The notes under the pieces are model-generated. The model made no database searches. It saw only the letters and a program-made list of their open reading frames with translations, and was not told the origin of the DNA. The translations under genes and the position numbers were made by a program. This document shows, piece by piece, positions 51,621 through 61,903 of a stretch of 64,000 nt of DNA (position 1 is the stretch's first letter; each line of letters starts with the position of its first letter). Origin of the DNA: Pelagomonas calceolata (Eukaryota). Where the stretch lies: NCBI GenBank assembly GCA_918797485.1, contig CAKKNE010000002.1:1798001-1862000 (forward strand), read 5' to 3'.

Positions 51621-52622
51621 CTACTGCTTGGACACGGTGAGGACGAGCTTGCCCTTGGTGCGGTGCGTCATGGACGCCTTGACGATGTCGCCGACGCCGG
51701 CCGTGGTCAGCGCGAAGTCGCGCGCGTCGACGAGCGGCTTGAGGGCCCCCGACTCCACGAGCTCGGTGAGCGTCCGCATGTCCGCCGTCACGGCGGGCGC
51801 GTCCGTGCTCGTCAGGAAGACCTTGTACGTCGGGCCCAGGACGCCGAAGACTCCCTTGACGTTGCGCCAGAGCATCGACGCCATGATCGACGCGATCGAG
51901 CCGCCGTCGCCGACGATGGACAAATATATGCCGCCCGTCTTGAGGGCCGCCTGGCCGGCCACCCAGTTGTCGTAGCCGCCCACGGTGTCAAAAACGATAT
52001 CCAACTCCAACCCGGTCATCGCCGCGACGACGTCCTGCTCCTTGTAGTTGATGACGGTGTCCGCGCCGAGGCCCTTGATCAGGTCGACGGCCGAGCCCGT
52101 GGCGTAGACGTGCGCGGCGCCGAGGGCCTTGGCGATTTGCACGGCGAGGCTTCCGACACCGCCACTTCCGCCCAGGACGGCGACCTTTTGGCCCTCCTTC
52201 AGCTTGCCGTGCGTCTGGAACGCCTGCAGGGCGGTGAGGCCGGCCAGGGGCAGGGCCGCGGCCTCCTTGAACGAAATGTTCTTGGGCATGCGGCCCAGCG
52301 CCGCGGCCGGGACCAGCGCGTACTCGGCGAAGGATCCGGGCGTCTTGATCGCGTCGGCGTAGACGCGGTCGCCCACCTTGAACGCGTCGCAGCCGGGCCC
52401 AAGCTTCGCGACGGTGCCGCTCACGTCGCAGCCGAACGGACCCGCCTTCTTCCCGGGAAAGTCCCCAGCGACGAGCTTGTAGTCGATCGGGTTGACCGAG
52501 GCGCACGAGACCTTGACGAGGACCTGATCCGCCGCCGGCTCCGGCACCGCGGCGTCGTCGACCACCGAGAGTACGTCCGGAGACGTCGGATCGCCGTTCT
52601 TGTGCTGGATTGCGGCCTTCAT
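51621..52622 (-). CDS. NADPH:quinone oxidoreductase-like (MDR family, Zn-independent)
   Basis: ASVNPIDYK, GCDVSG, GSFAEY, AAALPLAGLTA, GGSGGVG, KGKLVL. Confidence 0.93.
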   Translation of the reverse strand: MKAAIQHKNGDPTSPDVLSVVDDAAVPEPAADQVLVKVSCASVNPIDYKLVAGDFPGKKAGPFGCDVSGTVAKLGPGCDAFKVGDRVYADAIKTPGSFAEYALVPAAALGRMPKNISFKEAAALPLAGLTALQAFQTHGKLKEGQKVAVLGGSGGVGSLAVQIAKALGAAHVYATGSAVDLIKGLGADTVINYKEQDVVAAMTGLELDIVFDTVGGYDNWVAGQAALKTGGIYLSIVGDGGSIASIMASMLWRNVKGVFGVLGPTYKVFLTSTDAPAVTADMRTLTELVESGALKPLVDARDFALTTAGVGDIVKASMTHRTKGKLVLTVSKQ

Positions 52623-53090
52623 GGCTTCGTCTTAGACTCGACGTTGAATACTTAAGCGGCTCACCTCAAGTCGCGCTGCTGGTATCAAAATGAGTGGACC
52701 ACCCAAAGGAGGAGCCCAAAATAAGGACTTGGGACCAAAAAGGAGTGACGTAGGCGTACACACCGGCGCGGGCGGTCGAGGAGAGACGACGAGTGGTGTC
52801 TCGCCCTTGATAGGGAGAAACCTACGCGTTAAATGTGTGGAAAAAATGCAGAGCTAGAGTCATAGACACACTAGTTTTGCAAGCTTAACTCGGCTCGCCT
52901 ACAGCCGCAGCTGGCGCCCCTCCCCAGTACAGAAGCTGTAGTGTAGCTGTAGTGCTCATCTGCTCACTCATCTTCAGCGAGGACGCGTCGCGCGTGCTCT
53001 GCGGCGGCCCACGCGCACACCAGCCTAAGCGCCGCGCGCCGCCGGGCGGCCCCCGGGCGCGCGCGCGGACCAAGCCCACAAAGCGCAGCC

Positions 53091-54419
53091 ATGGCGGAAG
53101 CCCCCGCGCCCGCCGCGTGGAAGGCCGGCTTCCTCGACGACAAGACCAAGAAGCGGCCCGGCGACGCGAAGGGCAAAGTACCGGATAAAAAGGCCAAGGT
53201 TAAGCCCGCCGAGGTGCCCGGGAAGTACGTGCCGAAACTCGTGATACCGGGCGACGGCCCGTTCGGGGACATCGAGGTCGAGCCTTCGCTACATGTGCCC
53301 CAACCCAAACTAGGCCCGATGCTCATGCCTATACCAAGCTTACTCCCACAAGTCGTGCAACATAAGCGGTGTTCGCTCGACGATCCGAAGCACTGGACGC
53401 TGCATGTCGAGCCGGGGTTAGGGGTGGAGATCGACTTGATACGAGGCGACACGCCACCCGGCGACCCGACCAATGTCCTACCACCGGAGGACGAGGCCAT
53501 CCTCAAAGCCCTGGAACCTCTATTAAAACAAGCCACTATCAGTGACGCGGGCGACGTTCTCGCCAAGGGCAAGAAAAAGGCGAAGGACGCCGTCTGGCTG
53601 AAGAACACCACTTACTTGTCGAACAACTTACATGCGCCCGTGCACGCCTTTGGTTCTCGGTCGAAGGAGCAACGCGAGCAACAGCGCGCCGTCGACCAAG
53701 CTGCTGTTTCGAAATTACAAGGTGTCGGTGGGGAGTCAGATATTCAGAAGTCGTTTAGTGATGCCGCTTCACTTAATAAGGATACGTTGCGGCACCCGAC
53801 GAAGCCGCACCTCAGGGCCGAATATGTGTTACCGGTCGCGCCGGACTCAGCGTTGTGGGCGAATTCTTATGTGCAAGTCTCGATCGCGGACGACCCCGAC
53901 GCGCCATTTAGGAACAAATTGGATGGGAATGGTCAACCACTACCGTTACCTACGGAAGCCTTGGTCTCCAAAGTGGTGACCACATCACATAAGAAGCGGG
54001 GCGCCAATGTACTGTCAGCATCCTACTCGCGGCCGAAGGACGATAATTACGACTGGTCGCGGCAGTACCAGCTCAACTTCAAGGAGGAACGGGCCCAGGA
54101 CGGCGCGCGGCTCGTTTTGTTGATTGACGAAGCTGAAAAAACGGCGACCTTCGTGGCGCCCCAGCCGAAGCGCATGGAGCTCGATAAAGGGCGCAGTACG
54201 GACGCCGCGCGCGAGGACGCGGACACGCCCATCGACACGGAGTGGAGCGGCGTGACGGAGGTCGCCTACGAAGCGACCGACGGGCATAAAGCAAGGGGCT
54301 TCGACGCTACATCACGGAACGCGTGGCGCGCGCGCATGCGCGCCGTCGACGCCGACGACATTTCCGCGGACGAGGACGTCTCCGAGTCCGAGGAGTCGAG
54401 CGACGGCGAGGAGGGCTGA
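53091..54419 (+). CDS. PAF1: RNA polymerase II-associated factor Paf1
   Basis: EPGLGVEIDL, LPPEDEAIL, VWLKNTTYLS, IQKSF, HPTKPHL....LPVAPD. Confidence 0.8.
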   Translation: MAEAPAPAAWKAGFLDDKTKKRPGDAKGKVPDKKAKVKPAEVPGKYVPKLVIPGDGPFGDIEVEPSLHVPQPKLGPMLMPIPSLLPQVVQHKRCSLDDPKHWTLHVEPGLGVEIDLIRGDTPPGDPTNVLPPEDEAILKALEPLLKQATISDAGDVLAKGKKKAKDAVWLKNTTYLSNNLHAPVHAFGSRSKEQREQQRAVDQAAVSKLQGVGGESDIQKSFSDAASLNKDTLRHPTKPHLRAEYVLPVAPDSALWANSYVQVSIADDPDAPFRNKLDGNGQPLPLPTEALVSKVVTTSHKKRGANVLSASYSRPKDDNYDWSRQYQLNFKEERAQDGARLVLLIDEAEKTATFVAPQPKRMELDKGRSTDAAREDADTPIDTEWSGVTEVAYEATDGHKARGFDATSRNAWRARMRAVDADDISADEDVSESEESSDGEEG

Positions 54420-54689
54420 GGAGCTTTTTAAGGACCTGGTTTATTCTATCTTTCGCGTCGGCCGGCGTGCAGGCGGTCGCTTCATCCGCTTGTAGAGCTG
54501 CGAGGAGGTGTTCGGGGCTAGAGGGGCTAGCTAGGGTTCAGTCGATCGAACACCACCCGTCGCGCGTGATTGGTCATATCCGGCTGCGTTGCAGGCTGGG
54601 ACGCAACATCTCGTGATAATTTGCGCTTGCAGGCTGCGCTGCCGCGAGGCGCCTGCAGCTGGACCTCGTGCTGCAACAGGGGCAGCCCT

Positions 54690-56258
54690 ATGGCCCGCTG
54701 GCTCATATTATGCACATTGGCAGCAGCACAACACTGCCCCGGCGCGGATGACGACGCCTTGACGCTCTCGACGAAGTCGCGGGCGGAACTCGACGAGCTG
54801 CGCGCCTGCGTCCTGGGCACGACGGCAATAGACCGCACCGTCACGCGGATCTTGCTCGCCGGCACCGACGCGGCGTTGACCGACGCGCGCGTCGTCAAGT
54901 TGGATGCCTCGCTTCCCGTGAAACAACGCGCGCAATTCTTCGCGGCGGCTCGCGTCGTCGTCGGCGCCGGCGCGGCGTTGGCTGACATCGTGTACTGCGC
55001 GCCCGGGACTTCGGTGGTAGCGGTCGGCGCCTGGGCCCACCACGAGCGCCTCGCGCGGACGTTGGGTTTGACCTACGCGAGCGTGGCCGCCGGCACGAAG
55101 GTGGAGGGGGAGAGGGACCGGCGCGGGCAACCGTTCTGGCAGGACCGGGGCCCCGACGTCGCGGCCCTCCGGCGCGCCGTCGACGCGGCCCTGGGAAGCA
55201 GGCGCCTCCAGCAGCAGACCTGGGCCCCGGTCACAATTGATGATCGGTCGCCATGCGAGGCGCGCGTCCACGCGGTCGTGGTCGGAGACGAGGACGCGCC
55301 AGCCGCCGCCATTTTGTCGTACCGGGCCTGGCAGTGGCGCCACGCCGTCTTCACGACGGTCGCGACGGGAATATCAAAGGACCACTTCCACGACGCCGTG
55401 CTCAAGGCCGAGGGGCCCTTCGCCTCGCCCTGGGCCGCGGGCCACCGCACCGGCCCGAGCAGCCGCGCGGACTTCTTCGACCACCTCGTGAAGGCCGTCG
55501 TGAATAAGGACGGCTGCCAGGCCGGCAACCGGTCGCGCCACGAGGCGCACCACGCGCGCTATTTGGAAGCGCTGGCGGCCGCGGCCCCGCGCAACGCGGA
55601 CAGCGACTGGGCCTTCGTCGTGGACGCGCGCGCGCACGTGCGGCCGAAGCTCCTGGGCAAGCTCGTGGCCGCCGCGGCGCGGTTCGGGGACCCGCGGGCC
55701 GAGCGGATAAGGGTAGGAAGGCGGCACACGCTGCACCCCGGCGGCGGCCACGCGCGCTACCTCTTGTCGTTCAAGCGGCGGGACGCGCGCGTCGTGGCCT
55801 TCCAGGCCAGGGCCGGTTTGCTTGTGTCGCGGGCAGCATTGGAGGCCATCGACTGGCCGAAGGTGCTGAAGGCGCAAGCCTGCGGCGCCCTGCGGGGCCT
55901 CCCCGCCGACGAGCGGCTCGAGCGGGTCTTCGGCCGCAGCTTCGGTACCTACGCGACGGCGCCCGCGCTCGCCGCCGCCAAGGCCCGGTCGCGCATGTTC
56001 ATGTTGGACGCGGCGGTCCACGCGGACGCGTTCGCGGGCCAGGTCCCCTGGGGCGAGGCCCCCGCCACCGCGGCGGTGTTCTTGGACACACCATTCTCCG
56101 AACCCTTTCAGGAGGGGCACTGGACGCAGATGGACAAACTCCATCACGCCGACGACGGGGCCGTCGGTAGCCTCTGCGCCGCCCCGATCCCGGGGGCGAA
56201 CGCGTCTTCATTGGTGTCGTTGCGGTGCGAGGGGCCGGGGATCTGTCGGTGCGTATAA
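54690..56258 (+). CDS. Secreted two-domain glycosyltransferase-like protein (GT61-like + GT31/Fringe-like)
   Basis: Signal peptide; QRAQFFAAARVVVGAGAALAD..PG; DWAFVVDARAHV..DP..AGLLVSRAAL. Confidence 0.55.
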   Translation: MARWLILCTLAAAQHCPGADDDALTLSTKSRAELDELRACVLGTTAIDRTVTRILLAGTDAALTDARVVKLDASLPVKQRAQFFAAARVVVGAGAALADIVYCAPGTSVVAVGAWAHHERLARTLGLTYASVAAGTKVEGERDRRGQPFWQDRGPDVAALRRAVDAALGSRRLQQQTWAPVTIDDRSPCEARVHAVVVGDEDAPAAAILSYRAWQWRHAVFTTVATGISKDHFHDAVLKAEGPFASPWAAGHRTGPSSRADFFDHLVKAVVNKDGCQAGNRSRHEAHHARYLEALAAAAPRNADSDWAFVVDARAHVRPKLLGKLVAAAARFGDPRAERIRVGRRHTLHPGGGHARYLLSFKRRDARVVAFQARAGLLVSRAALEAIDWPKVLKAQACGALRGLPADERLERVFGRSFGTYATAPALAAAKARSRMFMLDAAVHADAFAGQVPWGEAPATAAVFLDTPFSEPFQEGHWTQMDKLHHADDGAVGSLCAAPIPGANASSLVSLRCEGPGICRCV

Positions 56259-56274
56259 CTCTTAGTTAATATTC

Positions 56275-56505
56275 TTATTGCTGCTGCGGGTCCGTGACCA
56301 CGCGGCGCTCGAGCGTGTTGTAGTTGAGGAGCTTCTCAATCAAATCGACGTGCGTGAGCACCATTCGCCGGCAGCAGTACCGCTTCAGCCCGAGCTCGTC
56401 GAGGGCGTCGCCCTCGGAGTAGTCCGCCTTCAGCAGCTCGAGGTACGAGTCCCACTTGTTGCCCACGACCTTGCCGCACGTGAAGCAGCGCACGGGGATG
56501 ATCAT
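56275..56505 (-). CDS. RPB10: RNA polymerases I/II/III shared subunit RPB10 (probable 5'UTR intron 56509-56598)
   Basis: [15 protein letters not shown]...[19 protein letters not shown]. Confidence 0.98.
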   Translation of the reverse strand: MIIPVRCFTCGKVVGNKWDSYLELLKADYSEGDALDELGLKRYCCRRMVLTHVDLIEKLLNYNTLERRVVTDPQQQ

Positions 56506-56861
56506 GGCCTGCGTGTGGCGGCGGTTCAAGACCCGGGTCCACCACGGGCGGGCGGGCGGGCTCTGTTAACCCGGCGCGGGCCTCTCTCGCAGCGGTACGT
56601 GAACCGTCGCGTTTTGCGCGAGCGGGACGGCTATTAGAATCCTGCTGCTCTCCTTTCCACCGCCCCAGCACCGTCGTCGGCGCGCGGGGCTCTTGGCAGT
56701 GCAGTGCGGCGAGGAACGCGGGACTGCCGCGCGCGCACTTTTGATCACTCGATGCTGACTGACGCTGCACAAGACGTCTCTGGCGAAGGCCTGCGCCCGC
56801 TCCCAGCCTTGGCAGGTCTATAAACGCGCCACGGCGACTCTTTTGATGAGTGCCAGTGTTA

Positions 56862-56885
56862 GCTAGCGGCACGTAAGACACTAGC
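56862..56885 (+). promoter_or_regulatory. CTAG-dyad intergenic motif
   Basis: gctagcggcacgtaagacactagc, upstream of RPB10. Confidence 0.7.
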
Positions 56886-56924
56886 ACGGGTTTTTGCAAG
56901 GCCAGGTACTCACTATGCAACAAA

Positions 56925-58289
56925 TTACTCGGGCACAACGGCGTCGTAGACCGCGAGCGTCTCGACGTGGTCCGACCCCGGGAAGAAGACGTGCGCCTCG
57001 GCGTGTGTCAGCTTCCAGCGCCGCGAGTTCAACAACGCCGCCTGGTCGCGCTCGAGCGCGTCGAAGCCGCACGACACGTAGACCAGGCGCTTCACGTCCA
57101 GCTCGCCCTTGACCAGCGCCTCGCGCACGCCCTCGCAGAGGCCCTTGCGCGGCGGGTCCACGATGAGCACGTCTGCGCCTTCACAATCATCGAACACAGC
57201 GTCCTCGGCGTCCGCGACCGTCATCTCAACCGGACATAAATCCTCCAATCTCGCATCCTGGTCGCGCCGCGACTTTTCAAAACAGTCCAACACGTTTTCA
57301 TTAGTCTCCGAGCACCTCAAAGAGGACAATTTTGGCCGTAACGCCAGCCCAATCGCACCGACGCCGGCGTAGAGCTCGCAGACGTGCGAATCGTCAGGCA
57401 CCCACGTTGCCAGCCGCTCGACGAGCCCCGCAAACGCTCGAAGGTTCGCCTGGCGGAAAGTTAATGGAGTGAACCAGAGTTTGAGCTTCGCATCCAAATC
57501 CCCGACGTCATCGTCAAACAACCGCTCAATCACGTACGTCTCGCCCCGCAGTTTGGCCCACTTCTGGGGGTTGTAGTCGAAGATCGCGTTGCCCGCCTTG
57601 TCCCCGCGATAGTTCACGTGGATCGAGTGCCATAAACTAGAAGAAGAGAGCTCCTTCACGAGGCGAGGCAGCTCGGGCTGCGCCTCCTTCGCGCTCCGCT
57701 CGTTCCAGACGAGGGTCAGGGCCACCTTGTTCCCATCCGTGGAGAGCTGTACATATCTCAAATTACCATCACCTTCACTATCCAACGCCTTGATGCCCAC
57801 GACCGCGCAGGCCTCCTTGATTTCTCCAGCGGCTTTATTGAGAAGCGGGTGGTGGGTTCTACAATCGGGAATCGCCACGACGTCGTGGCTCCGCGGGCGG
57901 TAGAGGCCTAACGCCACGTCTCTTAGTCTATAAGTCTTCCGTCCTCTCCTACCGCGCGCCGTGAGCTTCGTCGCGCCCGGCGCGCAGGCCAACTTCGCTT
58001 GCGTGCGCCAGTCCTTCGCACTTCCGCAGATTACCTCGAACGGTTTCTGCAACAGGGGCTCGAACATGGCGCGCGCGCGGCGCGCCGTGTCGACCTCATC
58101 GAAGCCGCCGTCGATCGTGCACGACGGGCAGTCGGGCGCGTGCGGGCACGGTTCGACTTCGGCGGGCGGCCGCGGCGGCGTCAAGGGCTGGGCTTTTGGT
58201 GTCTTGGCGCGGCGCGTCCGGGGCGGCGCCGCGGCGCGCGCTAGGATGAGGAGGCTGGCAGCACTGGCAGCATAATGCCTGGCCCTCAT
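56925..58289 (-). CDS. RNA (uracil-5)-methyltransferase, TrmA/RlmD family
   Basis: CPHAPDCPSC, TFRQAN, ELYAGVGAIG, VDPPRKG, YVSCG, FFPGSDHVET. Confidence 0.92.
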   Translation of the reverse strand: MRARHYAASAASLLILARAAAPPRTRRAKTPKAQPLTPPRPPAEVEPCPHAPDCPSCTIDGGFDEVDTARRARAMFEPLLQKPFEVICGSAKDWRTQAKLACAPGATKLTARGRRGRKTYRLRDVALGLYRPRSHDVVAIPDCRTHHPLLNKAAGEIKEACAVVGIKALDSEGDGNLRYVQLSTDGNKVALTLVWNERSAKEAQPELPRLVKELSSSSLWHSIHVNYRGDKAGNAIFDYNPQKWAKLRGETYVIERLFDDDVGDLDAKLKLWFTPLTFRQANLRAFAGLVERLATWVPDDSHVCELYAGVGAIGLALRPKLSSLRCSETNENVLDCFEKSRRDQDARLEDLCPVEMTVADAEDAVFDDCEGADVLIVDPPRKGLCEGVREALVKGELDVKRLVYVSCGFDALERDQAALLNSRRWKLTHAEAHVFFPGSDHVETLAVYDAVVPE

Positions 58290-58530
58290 CTTCTTTGACC
58301 GCCGCTACAGCAAGCTCTGGGCTGCAAACTGGAGCTAGCGCCACAAGGCTACTAGCACTGTCCTCATTTTGCGCTAGCAAAGTCGCTAGCAGTCAAAAGG
58401 CGGCCACGCGTACCAGGCAGGGTGCTAGCACCAAGTTGTGATAGCGCTGCACACTCTCAGCAGCGCAATCCATCCGTGCGACTCCTAGCATTGCAGGAGC
58501 CAGCAGCCACTACTGCTAGAGTGCAGCAAT

Positions 58531-59781
58531 ATGCGGCGCCTCTACCGACCCCTGCTCGCGGCAGCCTCGTCGTCGCGGTGCCATGTCGTCTCGATGGCGT
58601 CGGCAGCCAGTACGGCCGGCATCATCGCGTCGGGCGTCGCCGCGCCGCTCGCCGCGCTGTACGTAGGGCAGCGCAGCGTGATCTACCCGCGACCACCGGT
58701 CTACGACGATGCGAAGGCCTACGGAGGCGAGCATGCCGAAATCGTGCGCGCCGACGGCGTCGTGGGCCTGTTCGTGCCCCCGCCAAAGGCCGACGAGCAG
58801 ATCGTCGCTCTCTATTTCCACGGCAACGCGGATCAAATAACCTGGGGCGGCGCGATGATAGGCCAAGCGCTGCGTTCGCGGGGCATCGGCACGTTCGCCG
58901 CGGAATATCCGGGGTATGGCCTCGCCGACGGCGACCCGACCGAGGCGTCGATCACGCAAGCCGCGGAGGCGGCGCTGCGGGCCGTCAAGGAACTTCGGCC
59001 CGAGGCGAAGATCGCGCTCGTCGGCCAGTCGATCGGCTGCGCGCCGGCGCTCGCCGTGGCCGCGGCGCATGGCCTGCCCGTCGTTTTGATCTCGCCCTTC
59101 ACGAGCCTCGCGGCCATGGCGTCGACGCTGTTGCCATTCTTGCCACAGCGAGCTCTCCGGTTTCTTGTCAAGGATAAATTTGACAACGCCGCCCTGGCAC
59201 CGAGCGTGTCGTCTCCCGTACTCGTGCTGCACGGCACTAAGGATGAGATCGTGCCGTTCACGATGGGGAAAGCGATGTCCGAGGCGCTCGCCGACGCGAC
59301 CTTCGTTCCTCTGGAGAAGGCGGGTCACAACGACGTTCTGAGCCCGCCACATGACCAAGTAGTCTTTGATGCCATCGAACGGTTCGCTCGCGGCCACTGC
59401 GGGGGCGGCTCGGACGTCGAGCACTACCGAGACGTCATGACCATGCTCCAGACCCGCTGGGCGGGACTCACGGCGGAAGCCAAGACTAAAATGGCGGCCG
59501 TGAACGAAGACGCGACGCAACGCGAGGAGAGCATGGCCGAGTTCATGGCTACGTGGAGCGCCCACGCTGTCGACGGAAAGCTCACGCGAGACGGTTTCGT
59601 CGCCTTTAATCGACGGCACCTCCAAAACATCAAAGCGCGCCTCGGCTGGGCGCCGGACCTGACGACAGACGACTCCGAAATGATCTGGGAGGCGATCCAC
59701 GCCCTGAACCCGGACGACGGCGGCATCGGCATGGCTGACTACGGCCGGTATCACACTGTGATGAAACTGTATATCAACTAA
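58531..59781 (+). CDS. Alpha/beta hydrolase (ABHD12/BEM46-like) with extra C-terminal helical domain; start may be 58594
   Basis: YFHGNAD, EYPGYG, GQSIG, SPFTS, HGTKDEIVP, GHND. Confidence 0.88.
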   Translation: MRRLYRPLLAAASSSRCHVVSMASAASTAGIIASGVAAPLAALYVGQRSVIYPRPPVYDDAKAYGGEHAEIVRADGVVGLFVPPPKADEQIVALYFHGNADQITWGGAMIGQALRSRGIGTFAAEYPGYGLADGDPTEASITQAAEAALRAVKELRPEAKIALVGQSIGCAPALAVAAAHGLPVVLISPFTSLAAMASTLLPFLPQRALRFLVKDKFDNAALAPSVSSPVLVLHGTKDEIVPFTMGKAMSEALADATFVPLEKAGHNDVLSPPHDQVVFDAIERFARGHCGGGSDVEHYRDVMTMLQTRWAGLTAEAKTKMAAVNEDATQREESMAEFMATWSAHAVDGKLTRDGFVAFNRRHLQNIKARLGWAPDLTTDDSEMIWEAIHALNPDDGGIGMADYGRYHTVMKLYIN

Positions 59782-59798
59782 TGTTAATTTTAAACAAT

Positions 59799-61571
59799 TC
59801 ACTTCTTGCGGCGCTTCTTTTTCTTCTTCGACCGCGCGCCACCGCCCCCAACAACAACGGGCGCGAAGCGCAGCGGGTCGTCGAAGTCGCTGGCGCCGGG
59901 CGGCCTCCGATCGGCGAACTTGAACGCGATCAACGCCGCGCGCCGCGCCGCATGATCCATGGCGCACGCGCGCGAGCAGTAGACGAGGTCGCACGTCAGG
60001 CGGCACCGCCGCAGGCCCCTTTTTACACCGCAGGCCGAACACGCGTCGAGGACGCACATTTGCGAGGACGCACTGGGCCGCCAGACCGTCAGCGCCGCCG
60101 ACGTGTCGCCCCAGTTCGGGATGGGGCATTGGGTGACCAGCTCCCAGCGCCTTAGAAACGCGGCGTCGGCCGCGGCCGTGTCGCCGCGCCACTCGCCCAC
60201 GAGCGCCAGGCAATCGCCTCCTCTCTCCGCGAAGTGGCTCGCGGCCCTTCCCAGGAAGGCCTCGTCCTCGTCGTCCTCGGGCGGCGCGTAGCACGCGAAG
60301 AGCGCCGCGCCGGCGGCCGCGGCGGCCTCCGCGGCGCGCAGGGCGTCGCCCGTCTGCAAGTCCGGGACGTGCGCCGCCTGGCGGCCGTGGTAGGCGTTGG
60401 CGATTACCGACGGCGGCCGCACGTCGTACGCCGTCACGGCGACGCCGCGCGTCCGCAACGCGTTCGCCCAGTAGCCCGTGCCGGCGCCGGCCTCGACGAC
60501 CGGGCGGGAGAGGGCTGTGAGCGCGTCCAGAGCTTCATCACAGGGCACGGCGTAGGCGTACTCGCGGCAGGCCCACGTCCGCGCGGCGTCGCGCCACTTG
60601 TGCACCGTCGGCATCGCGACGGGGTCGTTGCGTTTCGGGGTCGTCGTCGGTTCGCCCGGCTCGAGGCGCTCGTCGAGCCGCCACGGCGCCGCGGGCCCGA
60701 AGAGCCAGGCGCCCTCGCGCCACCGCAGCCGATACAACCGGTGCAGCGGGTCGTCGCTCTCGCCAATCCTCAGGTCCGGCGGCAGCGTCTCCATTAATGC
60801 GTCGGCCGCCTCGTCGACGACGGACCCGCGTCCCAACAACTTCTCGAAGACCTCATGCGGCGGCGGCACGGCGTCGCGCCGCGCGTACCGCAGCCGGTGG
60901 TACGCCTCGTCCAGGGCGCCCAGCGCGTCCACGAGCGCCGCCGCGTCCCGCTTTTCGAGGCCCGGCTTGGCTCGATGCAGCCGTTTCACAGCGTCGCGCG
61001 CCGCGCGCCGCGCGTCCGCCGCCTCCGGGCCGCCCTGGACCCGGGCGAAGGCCGCCTCGAGCGCGGCGCCGTGGCGCGCCTCGCCGCGCATGGCCGCCGC
61101 GCGGCAGGCGACGAAGGCGTCGACGGCCGCGCGGCACACGTCCGCCGGGGACGCCTCCTTGCGCGGCTTTTGGCGCTTCTTTGGCCGCGCGGGCCGCGCC
61201 GCCGGCGACATCTCCGCGAAAACCGCGTCGACGGCCTCCGAGGAGGGGAGCGGCGGCGGTGGGCGTCGTGGTTGTGGTTGCTCGCGGCGGCGCTTCTTCT
61301 TTTCCTGCTTGCGCGCCGCCGGCGCCGGCTCGCGAGCCGCGCCGGTGTCGATGGAGCCGCGCCGTTTCTGCTTTTGCTGCTCGCTCCGGAACTTGCTCAC
61401 GGCGCCTTTGTTGGACTTCTTTTTTTGTGGTCTCTCCTCCGCGGAGCCTTTGCTCGACTTCTTTTTGGTAGGTCGCGGCGCTGCAGCGCTCTCCTGCCCC
61501 ATGGAGTCCAGCAGCCGCTGCAGCTGGGCCTCGTCGTTGTGGGCGAGGTTCCCATCGCTGTCATCCGCCAT
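59799..61571 (-). CDS. SAM-dependent methyltransferase-like protein with C-terminal MYND zinc finger
   Basis: YAYAVP, VEAGAGTGYWA, VGEWRGDT, CSAC..CRLTC..YCSRAC..H. Confidence 0.8.
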   Translation of the reverse strand: MADDSDGNLAHNDEAQLQRLLDSMGQESAAAPRPTKKKSSKGSAEERPQKKKSNKGAVSKFRSEQQKQKRRGSIDTGAAREPAPAARKQEKKKRRREQPQPRRPPPPLPSSEAVDAVFAEMSPAARPARPKKRQKPRKEASPADVCRAAVDAFVACRAAAMRGEARHGAALEAAFARVQGGPEAADARRAARDAVKRLHRAKPGLEKRDAAALVDALGALDEAYHRLRYARRDAVPPPHEVFEKLLGRGSVVDEAADALMETLPPDLRIGESDDPLHRLYRLRWREGAWLFGPAAPWRLDERLEPGEPTTTPKRNDPVAMPTVHKWRDAARTWACREYAYAVPCDEALDALTALSRPVVEAGAGTGYWANALRTRGVAVTAYDVRPPSVIANAYHGRQAAHVPDLQTGDALRAAEAAAAAGAALFACYAPPEDDEDEAFLGRAASHFAERGGDCLALVGEWRGDTAAADAAFLRRWELVTQCPIPNWGDTSAALTVWRPSASSQMCVLDACSACGVKRGLRRCRLTCDLVYCSRACAMDHAARRAALIAFKFADRRPPGASDFDDPLRFAPVVVGGGGARSKKKKKRRKK

Positions 61572-61760
61572 CGCTGCGATCGATGCGATCGCTGCGGCCC
61601 GGCGATGGTGCTGCACTCTGCTGCACTCCTGCTTTGTGTGTCTCTGCTGCACTTACTGCGGCGGCAGCCGGACGTGTGCTATTGATGAGCCCACGGTAAG
61701 CGTATGCGGCTATATCCTTCGGCCCTGCGCTCGTTTTGGGCTAGTTCTCCCCGCGCTGGC

Positions 61761-61784
61761 GCTAGCGTCCTGTAAGACACTAGC
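61761..61784 (+). promoter_or_regulatory. CTAG-dyad intergenic motif
   Basis: gctagcgtcctgtaagacactagc between divergent starts at 61571 and 61904. Confidence 0.7.
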
Positions 61785-61903
61785 CAGCCACGCTCTGCTG
61801 CCATTTTTGGACCAGGAAAGCAGCTTACGCCTCCCTCCTCGGACGTTGCACGACGCCCCGGGACGGCTGGTGCCCAACCTCTCCAGCTCGAGCGCTCCCA
61901 ACC

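Noticed and set aside
2301..61784. CRISPR-like interpretation of the 24-bp palindromic repeat
   Set aside because: Copies are dispersed kilobases apart in both orientations, with no spacer array or cas genes, in a eukaryotic context.
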